From Octopus bimaculoides (Eukaryota): DNA of 64,000 nucleotides. A program made the translations under genes and the position numbers. This document shows, one piece after another, positions 50,963 through 63,712 of the stretch. How positions within the stretch are numbered: position 1 is the stretch's first letter; every line of letters starts with the position of its first letter. The stretch is from the NCBI RefSeq assembly GCF_001194135.2, contig NC_068981.1, positions 103,807,468-103,871,467 of the forward strand, written 5' to 3'. The notes under the pieces were generated by a model, which ran no database searches, was not told the origin of the DNA, and saw nothing but the letters and a program-made list of their open reading frames with translations.

Positions 50963-51169
50963 CCCTTCAGCATTTAAACTGGTCATATCCAGCTAAAATA
51001 TTTACCATTTTATGTTAAAACTGGCCAGATCTGGCCTCTCACACCTACCCTACAATGTCATTCTAAAATAAACAATCACATGATCGAAATCTCAAAGCTA
51101 TGAGATAAAGTGAAAACAATGTGTATAAATAAGCATTATATTTGACAGAGTAATCTGAGTGCTAAAGGG
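50963..51169. mobile_element. piggyBac-type MITE (same family, opposite orientation)
   Basis: tcaa|CCCTTCAGCATT ... AGTGCTAAAGGG|TTAA; reverse complement of the 41269 copy. Confidence 0.7.
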
Positions 51170-52000
51170 TTAAGAAAAAGATAGATAGAAAGAGAGGGTG
51201 TGTGTCTACTTGAGACATAGGTACAGAAGTTTGTTTGCTAGCACTGGTTAGTCCTCATTGAGCAAATAGTCAATTAGTTGAATGATCTGGTTGAAAAGTC
51301 GTGATCCACAAAATCATTGTTCAAGATACACTGCATCATGCTGTGGCTTATCATATGAGGTGATTAAGGCCATTTCTGATTATGTATGGTTTGGTTTTGT
51401 TCGATAATTTTTCTGCTCCTATTATTGACATAATCTTCCTAATGATGTATATGCTCTCTAATAAGAAAATGTTCTGTTATTTTCCACTGGTAATGTTTAT
51501 AATGATAATGTTTCCTTTATAATCATTATTGTTATCTTTATAATGAATAAAGAAATAAGAAAGGACATATCATCGTTGTTGTTAGGAAATCATTATTGTT
51601 ATAATGTAAGAAATTCTCATTGTTTGTAATAATATAAAAAATATTCCTTTAATAATAAGCATCATCATCAGCCTCCCCCTCACCATCAACAATTTGCTCT
51701 TCCATGCTAGTGTGAGTTGGATAGTTTTCTAAGGCTGGATGCCCTTCCTCTTGTTAACTCTTTTAGCTGCCATTTACAAGAGACAGAGACATTGTACCTG
51801 TATTAAAACTTGGTTGGTTACACATAGGTGTAATTGCAATAACAGTAGTATAACTGATTTTTTTTTTCTAACATTTACTTAAGCAGAGAAGAGCAGTGCC
51901 CTTGACCCCTCATTTTTGTTCAGGAACCCTGAGATTGGTTGGAGGAAAAGGAGAAAGTCATCCTCAAACCAAAGACCTGATCCAAATGCCTGCCACAAAG

Positions 52001-52382
52001 TTGTTGGCACTCCGTCGCTTACGACGTCGAGGGTTCCAGTTGATCCAATCAACGGAGCAGCCTGCTTGTGAAATTAACGTGCAAGTGGCTGAGCACTCCA
52101 CAGACACGTGTACCCTTAACGTAGTTCTCGGAGATATTCAGCGTGACACAGTGTGACAAGGCTAGCCCTTTGAAATACAGGTACAACAGAAACAGGAAGA
52201 AAGAGTGAGAGAAAGTTGTGGTGAAAGAGTACAGCAGGGTTCGCCACCATCCCCTGCCGGAACCTCGTGGAGCTTTAGGTGTTTCCGCTCAATAAACACT
52301 CACAGTGCCCAGTCTGGGAATCGAAATCGTGATTCTATAACCACGAGCCCGCTGCCCTAACCACTGGGCCATTGCGCCTCCA
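52001..52382 (-). mobile_element. SINE family C copy
   Basis: Near-identical to 30995-31369; 12-bp TSD cctgccacaaag / cctgccacagag. Confidence 0.9.
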
Positions 52383-53117
52383 CCTGCCACAGAGTAAACT
52401 CCGCTAAAAGGTGATGGTATTAAATCAGTTGACAGTTCAGGTCTATCCATCAAGAATTCACAATGCAAAGAGCCCCACAACAAATGCTGCAGGATATTTT
52501 ATTCCATCCTGTAATGAGTCTACTAATTTGCCACCTTTTAAGATAATATTTATCTCCACTTAAATGTGGATGTCCTGTTAGAACAAACTGTACTACAGAA
52601 GTTACCATGAGAGAAACTCTCACAGTGGGCTTTTGGTGCAAAATGCACTCTAGTGATATAAACGAGTGTACTTTGCACCAAAAAGCTAATATGAGAGGTT
52701 CTCTCCTGATAACTTCCTCAATATAGTTTGTTCTAGCAACATCCATGTTTGAGTGGGGATAAATATTACCTCTCAGTATTAATACTGCCTCTGTCGCTAA
52801 TATGTACCTTTTATTTCAGTTGGCCTTAGGGTTCTGGATCATCAAGTTGAACTTTTTGAAAAGGGCCTTTGTAGGTTGAAAAATTAAAAGAAGAGAAGAA
52901 AAATATTAAACTATGTTATATTAGCTGTTTTGATACCAAGCCACTTGAGGCTATTGTGGATCTACAATACAATATTCTTGTTTTAAAGATGTCAAAAATT
53001 ATATATTCCTACAAAATTTCATGTTAGTTATTGTTCTAAACACCAGCTTAATGTAACAAAAGTATTGTTATTTTCAAAATTATTTGAAACAAAAGCAGTG
53101 TATTTTAGTAGAATATG

Positions 53118-53505
53118 GTTGTTGTTGTTGGCACTCTGTCGCTTATGACGTCGAGGGTTCCAGTTGATCCGATCAACGGAACAGCCTGCTCGTGAAATTA
53201 ATATGCAAGTGGCTGAGCACTTCACAGGCACGTGTACCATTAACATAGTTCTCGGGGATATTCAGCATGACACAGAGTGACAAAGCTGACCCTTTGAATT
53301 ACAGGCACAACAGAAACAGGAAGTAAGAGTGAGAGAAAGTTGTGGTGAAAGAGTACAGCAGGGTTCATCACCATCCCCTGCCGGAGCCTCGTGGAGCTTT
53401 AGGTGTTTTCACTCAATAAACACTCACAACGCCCAGTCTGGGAATCGAAATCGCGATCCTATGACCGCGAGTCTGCTGCCCTAACCACTGGGCCATTGCG
53501 CCTCT
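53118..53505 (-). mobile_element. SINE family C copy
   Basis: Near-identical to the other two copies; no clear TSD. Confidence 0.88.
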
Positions 53506-54491
53506 GGATAACTACATTGTTTTCGTTTTCTAATCTGTTGAAACATAGTCATAGTGTTTTTGTTTTCAACATGGTCACTGATTAGTAAGTTTTTAATTGA
53601 CCGAATGAAGCTCTCCTTCCACCTTTAGTATATGCCAGGTGCTTGTTTTACCACCTCAAGAATATTGAGGGCCGAATACAAAAACACATGTGCCCGATTC
53701 AGTATTTGACCATTCATGCACATCAGTCTCACCACTCATATCCACCTTTCATAACATTTGAAAAACAGGCTTTCTCACACCATTTTCATTCTTCCACTTA
53801 TATTCTATGATAGGTACAGGCATGGCTGTATAGTAAAAAGTTTGCTTCCCGTGCACATGGTTCTAGGTTCAGTCCCATTGTGTTGTATGTTGGGTAAGTA
53901 TCTTATACTATAACCCTGAGCCAACCAAAGCCTTGTGAATGGGTTTGGTAGACAAAAACTGAAAGAAGCCCATCATTTGTGTGTGTGTGTGTATTTATGT
54001 GTATATATTTATGACTACATATATATATGTGTGTGTATGTACACACACACGCACACACTCTCACACGTCAGAGTCACTCCCCCATATTCACACATACACA
54101 CTCACACGCACCATTCTCATATACACAAACATGCACACTCACCTTCTCTTGTTGGGACCACTAGCACTATTATTATCTCCCTTTCTTCCAACCTCTTTTT
54201 TTAATTATCTCCTTTCCTTTCAACCTCTTTTTTTCCATTCATTCACCATGTTGGATCACTGCACTCTACAAGTTTTTTCATTCTTTCTCTGTTTATTTTC
54301 TCTTATTTCTTTCGGTTGAAGAGCATAGGCTTGAAACGTGAAAGACGTTTTCATTTTTCCTGAGCATCAAACCAATACACTTGCTTGTTGTTCATACACC
54401 TGTCTTTGTCATTTGTTTTTCTATAAATCTCCACTATATACATATATATATTTACGTATGTATATATATATATGTATATGTCTATGTATAT

Positions 54492-56300
54492 ATCATCATC
54501 ATCATCGTTTAACGTCCACTTTCCATGCTGACATGGGTTTGATGATTTGACTCAGGGTTGGTGAGCCAGATGGCTGCACCAGTCTCCAATCTGATCTGGC
54601 AAAGTTTCTACAGCTGGATGCCCTTCGTAACGCCAACCACTCTGAGAGTGTAGTGGGTGCTTTTACTTGCCACCTGCACGAGGGCCAGTCAGGCAGTACT
54701 GGCATCGGCCACGCTCAAATGGTGCTTTTTATGTGCCACCTGCACAGGAGCCAGTCTGGTGGCACTGGCAACAACCACGCTTGAATAGTGCTTTTTTTAC
54801 ATGCCACAGGCACAGGAGCCGGTCAGCAGCCCTGGCAATGATCATGCTCGNNNNNNNNNNNNNNNNNNNNNNNNNNNNNNNNNNNNNNNNNNNNNNNNNN
54901 NNNNNNNNNNNNNNNNNNNNNNNNNNNNNNNNNNNNNNNNNNNNNNNNNNNNNNNNNNNNNNNNNNNNNNNNNNNNNNNNNNNNNNNNNNNNNNNNNNNN
55001 NNNNNNNNNNNNNNNNNNNNNNNNNNNNNNNNNNNNNNNNNNNNNNNNNNNNNNNNNNNNNNNNNNNNNNNNNNNNNNNNNNNNNNNNNNNNNNNNNNNN
55101 NNNNNNNNNNNNNNNNNNNNNNNNNNNGGTTATGGTCTCACTTGGCTTGCTGGGTCTTCTCAAGCACAGCATATCTCTATGGATCTCGGTCACTAGTCAT
55201 TGCCTTGGTGAGGCCCAATGTTCGAAAGTCGTGCTTCACCACCTCATCCCAGGTCTTCCTGGGTCTACCACTTCCGCAGGTTCCCTCAACTGCTAGGGTG
55301 TGAGACTTTTTCACACAGCTATCCTCATTCATTCTCGCCACATGACCATACCAGTGCAGTCGTCTCACTTGCACACCACATCTGATGCTTCTTAAGTCCA
55401 ACTTTTCTCTCAGGGTGCTTACACTCTGTCATGTATGCACACTGACATTACATATCCAGCGGAGCATACTGGCTTCACTCCTTGCAAGCTTACGCATGTC
55501 CTCAGCAGTCACGTCCCATGTTTTACTGCCATGTAGCATGGCTGTTCACACACATGCATCATACAGTCTACCTTCTACTCTGAGTGAAAGGCCCTTTGTC
55601 ACCAGCAGAGGTAAGGGCTCTCTGAACTTTGCACTGGCTATCCTTACTCTAGCAACTACACTTTCAGAACATCCACCCCTGCTACTGACTTGGTCTCCTA
55701 GGTAACGGAAGCTATCAACTATTACTAGTTTTTCTCTCCTTGGAATATGACAGAAGCTGTTCTCTGCACATTTTCAGTGTTTATTACTCCTGAGCATTTG
55801 CTACACACTAAAACTATCTTCCCAGTTAGCCTTCCATTGATATTGCTGCACCTCTTATGTATCCATAGCTTACACTGGGTACATCTTACCCCTACCTGGA
55901 ATTGTTCAGTATACTCGTTGCCAACCCTCACCTTACTGACAGCATCGCTGTACATGGCTTGCACAGCTCTCACTAACCATTCATCTATTCCTAGTTTCCT
56001 CATTGACCACCAGATAAGGGATTGGGGGACCCTGTCAAAGGCTTTCTCCATGTCAATGAAAGCCAAGTAAAGAGGCTTATCTTTGGCTAGGTATTTCTTC
56101 TGCAGCTGTCCTACCAGAAATATAGCATCAGTGGTACTTTTCCTGGCACGAACCCAAACTGCATCTCATCTAAAATTACTCTCTCGCTAATTAGTTGGGC
56201 TATGATCCCTTACCTGATCCAACAACTTGATACTTCTGTAATTACTTGTATTTAATGTGTCACCTTTACCTTTGTAGCAGTTGACTATGGGGCTGCCATG
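54492..56300 (-). mobile_element. 5'-truncated RTE-clade LINE with internal deletion, 3' UTR and (GAT)n tail
   Basis: NCYKGKGD..NYRSIKLL, MQFGFVPGKSTTDAIF, AFIDMEKAFDRVP, CTQCKLWIHKRCS and RRLHWYGHVARMNEDSCVKK...GRPRKTWDEVVKHD; the UTR ends at an (atc)n tract at 54492. An N-gap lies at 54851-55127. Confidence 0.88.
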
Positions 56301-58689
56301 TATATGTATGTTGCTGTCTCCTTGGTGTGACATCACATGATAGCTGTAAGTGAGTGTTACTGTCATGCAAGCAATGTCCTTTGTTTCTAAACCTTCATTC
56401 TTCCATGAAAATATGACGAGCCATGGAAAAATATTACCTTACTTGGAAACAAGTGAAGGTTGGTGCTTGGAAGGGCATCCAGTTATAGAAAATTTGCCTC
56501 AATAAATTCTATCCAACTTATGTGAGCATGGAAAAGTGAACATTAAAACAGTGATGATGATGACAACGACGATGACGATGAGCAAGCCCAGATCTCATTT
56601 TTTTCATCTCTATTAACCCTATTGCCTCTTTTGTGACTAGACCAAGCTGAGTAACAGCTGTAACATCTCTTGAAACTTCCTGGTGTGATTTACTGGCAGA
56701 TGATGTTTGAGACCAAAGAACACTAATGTTTACACAAAGCATGAAGTAGCAAGCTGTCATGGACTCGTCTTTCAAGGTGTCAAGTAGTAAGCTTGCTGAT
56801 TGTTTCCTTTTTGGCATGGATTTTGATGGGTTTTTCTCTTTTATATTTTTTTAAAATGCTATGAGAGGTCCATCACCTTGATCATGATGTCCATCTATGC
56901 AAACACTACTTCTCTGTGTGCTGATTTGAGTAAGATACCTGTGTATGTTAACATCATCATCCTCATCATTTAACATTTGTTTTCTATGCTGGCATGGATT
57001 GGACAGTTTGACCAGAGCTGGCAAGTAGGAGAGCTGCACCAGGTCCAGTCTGTTTTGGCTTGGTTTCTACAGCTTGATGCCCTTTCTAACACCAACTACT
57101 TTACAGAGTGTACTGGGTGCTTTTTACGTGGCACAAACATGGGTGCTATTATGTGGTGCCAGTACAGAAACTTTTTACATGGTGCCATCATGAATACCAG
57201 CCATAACCTTCTGAAATAATTACCCAAGAGCCAAATTTATGAAAGCAGTTAAAAGGGGCATACTTAATAAAATGAATGTGTGACTCCAAGCAGTATCCTA
57301 TTCAACCGAAATGCCACTGAAGATCCTCCACATATATTCTGAGTTGGACATTGTACATACTTATGCTGGTGCCAAATAAAAATATTATCTATTTGTCCTT
57401 TTCTGCTTTTTAAACTGTAAGGTGTCATTTAAGGAAAATTTGGTTGCTCTTTATAGCAAATTGACTAGCCACATAGCTCACTTGCTGGTTTGTTGTCATC
57501 CTGATGATGTTGTTGTTTAACTCCAGATCAGCTTTGAATGAGTGAACTTAGGACTAAAGAAAGTTATTTTAGTTGTAACCATCCCATCTTTACATTTTGT
57601 TCTTGTCAGATGACACAATCCAATTTATCCTGGTTTTTTAAAAGACAGTAATAGGTTATTCTAGAAAGATCTGGTTGTTATTTTTAGCAGGACAAGAGGT
57701 TACATAGAGGCACTCTTTCTGGCTTGTAGGTTGCCATTAATCCTTCTAGAGTTGCTGTTGCAATTATTCTCAATATTTTGACAATTATTCTTCAAAATTC
57801 TCAACATAACCAATGAAACAGCAACAGGTTAACATGTCGTCATCTCCTATAACACAGCTTTTATGGCAGGAACACTTTCATTTGAAAATATATTTCTTTT
57901 ATCCAAAGATATATTCTAATTGTTATGGAACAAAATTTTCATTTTCATACAATAATTTTAAGCAAAATTGATCGAATATCAATATATGTGTCTATGCAAG
58001 GTAGAACCAAATAACAGTTTTTATGATAACATCAGTAAATTAAAGGGTCACAGTGTTGGATTGTTTTAGCACTCTTTTACATATTGTTTGGGCAGCTTTG
58101 ATGATCCATTCACCATCAAACAAGCTCTCACCTCACTCATTAGACCACAAGATAATAGAACTCTCTCTCTCTCTCTTTCTTTCTTTCTCAACTACAGTAC
58201 AGTGTGTCTTTTTGACAGATATGTCTGATAAAATCCAAAGAATTTTTATTGCTTGACAACTAATAAACTCAGACAAGCATCCAAATGTGTGCTATTCTAC
58301 ACCTTCCTTAACTCTCCTGGCAACGTTGTAGTAGCACGACTGGCTTCCTGTGGTATTACATGATATACAGAGGAAACTCACTTGTGAGTTCCTTCCTCTC
58401 CCATTGCATTGCCCATCCTTCTCCAGCAAATGCACCATTATTTGTCACACAAGTACATATGCATACAAATGATTATTTAGAGTTTTGTACCGGTGCTTGA
58501 TGTTCATTTTCTTAGATTGTTTATGATAACATTTCTAATGAAATTCAATCTTCTTTATCAATTAATTCTAGATGTAATCAAGAATTTGGAGTAATTTAGT
58601 AAAATAACATTTTTTATATTAAGCTAGTATTTGGAATATAACAACTGGTCCTCAAATAAATTATATGCTTTGCTGGATGTGCAATGTCA

Positions 58690-59180
58690 GTGTGCATATA
58701 CGACAGAGTGTAAGTGTCTTGAGAGAAAAACTGGGCCTAAAAGACATCAGATGGGGTTTGCAAGTAAGATGACTGCATTGGTATGGTCTTGTGATGCGTA
58801 TGCATTAGGACAGCTGTGTAAAGAAGTACCAGTCTCTAACTGTGGAAGAATTAGACCTAGGAAAACATGGGATGTGGTGTAGCATGATCTTCAAATGTTG
58901 GGTCTTACAGAGGCATTGACAAGTGACCAACGCCTTTGGTGGTATGCTGTGCTTGGGAAGACTTGTCAAGCCAGCGTCATGTAACTGGCACTTATGTCAG
59001 TGGCACGTAAAAATCACCCATTACACTCTTGGAGTGGTTAGCATTAGGAAGGGTATCCGGCTGTAGAAACCATGCTAAATCAGAGTGTAACCTGGTGCAG
59101 CTCTCCAGCTTACCAGTTCCAGTCAAAATGTCTCACCCATGCCAGCATGAAAAGCGGATGTTATATGATGATGATGATAA
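58690..59180 (+). mobile_element. RTE LINE 3' end, decayed
   Basis: agacctaggaaaacatgggat (RPRKTWD), ttgggtcttacagaggca, a UTR matching the reverse complement of the 54492 copy, and a gatgatgat tail. Confidence 0.7.
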
Positions 59181-59892
59181 AGGGCTTGTTGATTTAAATT
59201 TGAACACTTAAAAATAGGAGATTTTGAATTACAGAATCAAAAATGCTCTACAGAAGGTTGTTATCAAAGTGTTTTGTTACCATATTTATGACAAAATACT
59301 CCAACCACTTTACAGAGTATATTGAGTAGTTTTACGTAACACCGGCACAGCTGCTTTTATGTGACATCAGCATGGGTGCTTTATAAGTGGCACCAGCACC
59401 ATAAAGCCTGCAAGATTAGGATCACCTTTTTTTAAATTTTTATTTTGAAAATAGTGCAGAATTCAATAAAATAATTTAACATTATTCAGCTGATCTTTAG
59501 AATATAAATTAACAGGAAAGTTTGATGCAAGATTTTAATTTAGATCACATCAAACAGGAAGTTTCCATCATAGGTCCCAGGATGGTCTCAGGTTGGTGTT
59601 AAAAAGGTCAAATTTATGAGAATGAACGGAAAGCCAGTCAAGAGTAGTGTATGGAAATAGTTTCAGTGGTGTGTGTCTTGCAGATATGACCCTCTCTCTC
59701 TACTCTTTAAATTGTTTTTTCATTCAGTATATAGACAATATCACTGATTTGTGTGCATGTGTTTGGTGGTATAACACATGTAATTTGCAATTTGAATCAA
59801 GTTGTTTTTTTTAATTCTTTAAGTTTAGAGTTAATAAAACCAAGATGTTTCCATTAAATAACATTAGATATGTATGTATGTGTGCGTTTGTG

Positions 59893-59934
<42 letters not shown>

Positions 59935-59935
<1 letters not shown>

Positions 59936-60262
59936 TCATCATCATTTAATGTCTATTGTCTATGCTGGCATGGGTTAGATGGTTTGTCTGAGACTGGTAA
60001 ATTGTAGGGCTACACCAAGTTCCAATCTGATATGGCATGATTTCTACAGCTGGATGCCCTTCCTAATGCCAACCAATCCAAGAGCATAATGGGTGCTTTA
60101 TATGTGCCACCAGCATGGGTGTCAGTTACGTGACACCACCATCAGCCATGACTATGATTTCACTTCGCTTGATGGATCTTCTCAAGCACAGCATATAGCC
60201 AAAGGTCTCGGTCACTTGTCATTGCCTCCATAAAGCCCAACGTTTGAAGATCATGCTTCACC
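59935..60262 (-). mobile_element. RTE LINE 3' end, decayed
   Basis: KHDLQTLGFMEAMTSDRDLWLYAVLEK plus 3' UTR and an (atc) tail. Confidence 0.7.
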
Positions 60263-60297
60263 AGTAAGTATGATTTATTTATATATATGTCAGATTT

Positions 60298-60335
<38 letters not shown>

Positions 60336-60744
60336 TCTGTAACCCTGCATAACTTCTGAAGTTCACAACTGGTTTTCTCCAAACTGGGAACATACATAAC
60401 TTATGTTCCAGAGATGTTTTTAGACTCTTAAAATTTTTCACATAATGAATAACGGGCCCTCTGGGAGCAGAAAACACCCTTTCCTGGGTTTATTTCAACA
60501 AGGGAGATAACACTTTGTGAAGTAACTGTCTGAAATTGATTGTCTCTTTTACATACAGCGTGATTAATCCACTGAACATTTTTAATCTTTTTAAAATGTT
60601 ACAATCAATTAATGCTTTTTATTGACATGTAATTATTAACAGTGCCATCTCAGTTCATTGTATGTATTTCTTAAAATTTACTAGGAATTTGATATTATTT
60701 ATCTCTTTTATTCACATTTCATTATTTCTTGACATAATGTCCCC

Positions 60745-61400
60745 AAAGAGATCCTCCATTGGTTGAAAAATTATCATAATCTCAATTGGCTGTGTGAAAG
60801 AGCAATACTGGCTCCAGAAAACAGCACTGAAAATAAAATTAATGAGCAGCTGCTGCAGTACCTTCCTGGAAGTGCTCGCATCTATAAGTCAGTTGATACA
60901 ACCCCACATCCAGAAGAGGTGGTAAATTATCCAACAGAATTTCTCGATTCATTGGAACCTCCAGGACTATCTCCCCACAGACTGGAACTTAAAATGGGAA
61001 CTCCAGTAATGTAATTGAGGAATTTGGACCCACCAACATTCTGCAATGGGACACACCTGATGGTAAAGAAGATGATGCCACATGTTATTGAGGCCACCAT
61101 TCTCTCTGGATGTAGAAAAGGAGTGGATGTTTTCATACCCAGGATTCTTCTCATTCCATTAGGAGCAGAAATTTCTCTTTCATTCAGAAGAGTGCAATTT
61201 CTTATTCATATCAGCTTTGCAATGTCTATCAATAAATCTCAGGGTCAAACACTGTCTGTGGTAGGACTTCACTTGGAAGAGTTATGCTCCTCATATGGGC
61301 AATTATATGTTGGCTGATTTAGAGTGGGAAACAAAAAAATATCTATTTGCATTTGTTTCACAAGGGAAAACAAAGAATATTGTTTACCAAGGGGTTTTGC
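60745..61400 (+). mobile_element. Helitron PIF1-family helicase C-terminal fragment, decayed
   Basis: [76 protein letters not shown] and KTKNIVY, with in-frame stops. Confidence 0.92.
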
Positions 61401-62518
61401 AGGAATTACTTCATCCTACAATGTGCTCCAGTGAAGATGGATACCATTTTGGCATAATACCAACAAACCCAAAGACTGCATCAACAAAGCAGTTTCCTGC
61501 ATAGACTTTAGTATCAAAACATACTCTCCAATTACTCCCACCAACCATGTGGTAAGCCATTACACCTCATTTTTTTCAAGTAATTTATTACTACTTATTC
61601 TTATGTGATTGCATAGGCTCCGTTTGTGTTTCTTATTCCACAGCCACACCAAAAGTCCAATGTCAACCCTTTGCCTTCTGTAACATTTCAACAGTTCACT
61701 TCCATGTTGCCGTCTCTCATTGCAGCCCCTTTCCAGAATGTACCCATTTGCATACAATATCTCCATTATGCTTACATTCATTCGACTGTCAACCATACAA
61801 TGGTTGACAGTCAACCATACAATGTTAGATGCAGTGCCAACTGCTGCAAAGGAAAGTATATGCACTGATAGCTTTTTTGTGCTTTCAAAAATCACGCCCC
61901 CCCCTCCCCCCAATGTCCGTGACATGTTAGGGCCTTGACTCCTCCAAATGGACGCATGACATGTCGCTTAGTTGAATTAGCTCCACAAATGTTTTGTCGT
62001 CAATGCTGCACTTTCCTGTATCACGTTTCAACATAACTGTAATATATATACACACTGTGCCATCTTAATCCCTATATATATATATATATNNNNNNNNNNN
62101 NNNNNNNNNNNNNNNNNNNNNNNNNNNNNNNNNNNNNNNNNNNNNNNNNNNNNNNNNNNNNNNNNNNNNNNNNNNNNNNNNNNNNNNNNNNNNNNNNNNN
62201 NNNNNNNNNNNNNNNNNNNNNNNNNNNNNNNNNNNNNNNNNNNNNNNNNNNNNNNNNNNNNNNNNNNNNNNNNNNNNNNNNNNNNNNNNNNNNNNNNNNN
62301 NNNNNNNNNNNNNNNNNNNNNNNNNNNNNNNNNNNNNNNNNNNNNNNNNNNNNNNNNNNNNNNNNNNNNNNNNNNNNNNNNNNNNNNNNNNNNNNNNNNN
62401 NNNNNNNNNNNNNNNNNNNNNNNNNNNNNNNNNNNNNNNNNNNNNNNNNNNNNNNNNNNNNNNNNNNNNNNNNNNNNNNNNNNNNNNNNNNNNNNNNNNN
62501 NNNNNNNNNNNNNNNNNN

Positions 62519-62702
62519 TATATGAAATGATATATATGTGTATTGTGTTATACCTTTAACTCAAATTTATTTGTATGTTATCGGTTGAAATAATATATTC
62601 ATGTATAAAATTTTATACATGAATATATTATTTCAACCGATAACATACAAATAAATTTGAGTTAAAGGTATAACACAATACACATATATATCATTTCATA
62701 TA
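62519..62702. repeat. Perfect 184-bp palindrome with no spacer, abutting an N-gap
   Basis: Centre gtataaaa|ttttatac at 62610/62611; the arms are exact reverse complements. Confidence 0.9.
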
Positions 62703-63712
62703 AGTTCCGAATCAAGTTGAAGTGAAAATTAATACGATTAAAAATTTCAAATATATAATATAGGTCGATATAAAATAAAAAAATAAAAAAATGAGGTACA
62801 ATAAAGTAGTCCATCGGTTAAAAATCAATGACAAAACTTTACCATAAGTTTTCCTCCACCTTCTTGAAACTGTATAGAAATAAAATAAATATAAAAACAA
62901 TAGATAATAACAAGTGTAATAGTTTGTGTTAGGGTGATTTGAAACCTTGAAGATTGGTTTTGATACTGCAGCCTGTTTGACTATTCTAAAATAGCACTTT
63001 TTTTTTTTCTTTCCATTATTTGCATAGGCTTGTCTAAGGCTGGTCCATATTGTCTATATAAATTTGCTCTTATATAAAAAATAATTTTTCCCTTGATGCA
63101 TGTCTTGACATTTGTGTGTAAGTTTACCCTGACGAAGGTGTCATCACCAGTTTGCACTCTATTGTGTTTAGAATACAGTGGTGTACCCCTGAAATGGCCA
63201 TAGGTGTTGTACGTGTTTTTCGTGAAATTGATTTTACCAATTGATACCTACTGGTTGCTGTATTTGTCTTTTGACCCATGTGTTTGTGAACTTTTGGACA
63301 TGGTGAGCAGAATTAAATCTTACATACTTTACCTGCTGATACCTGCTGGGTGCCTGTATTCACTCTTGTATATACCTAACTGATACGGACTTACCTATTG
63401 ATGTCTACTGTTTTTAAATTATAAAATATACCTGAGGGAAGTATAGAACTTTATATTTTAACTCTCAATAGTGTTAAATCATTTTAAAGTTTTGTAATTG
63501 ATTTTTAACCATTGTACCTCATTTCTTTATTTTATTTTATTTTATATCGACCTATATTACATATTTGAAATTTTTAAGCGTATTAATTTTCACTTCAACT
63601 TGATTCGGAACTTATATGAAATGATATATGTGTATTGTGTTATACCTTTAACTCAAATTTATTTGTATGTTATCGGTTGAAATAATATATTCGTGTATAA
63701 AATTTTATATTA
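62605..63712. repeat. Diverged ~230-bp inverted repeats (62605-62842 and 63485-63712) flanking a ~640-bp spacer
   Basis: For example aagttccgaatcaagttgaagtgaaaattaatacg versus cgtattaattttcacttcaacttgattcggaactt; several substitutions and one indel separate the arms. Confidence 0.85.

Noticed and set aside
60763-61317. Host PIF1 helicase gene
   Set aside because: It is intronless, partial, has in-frame stops and shows the Helitron-type motif pattern, so it is treated as a transposon relic.
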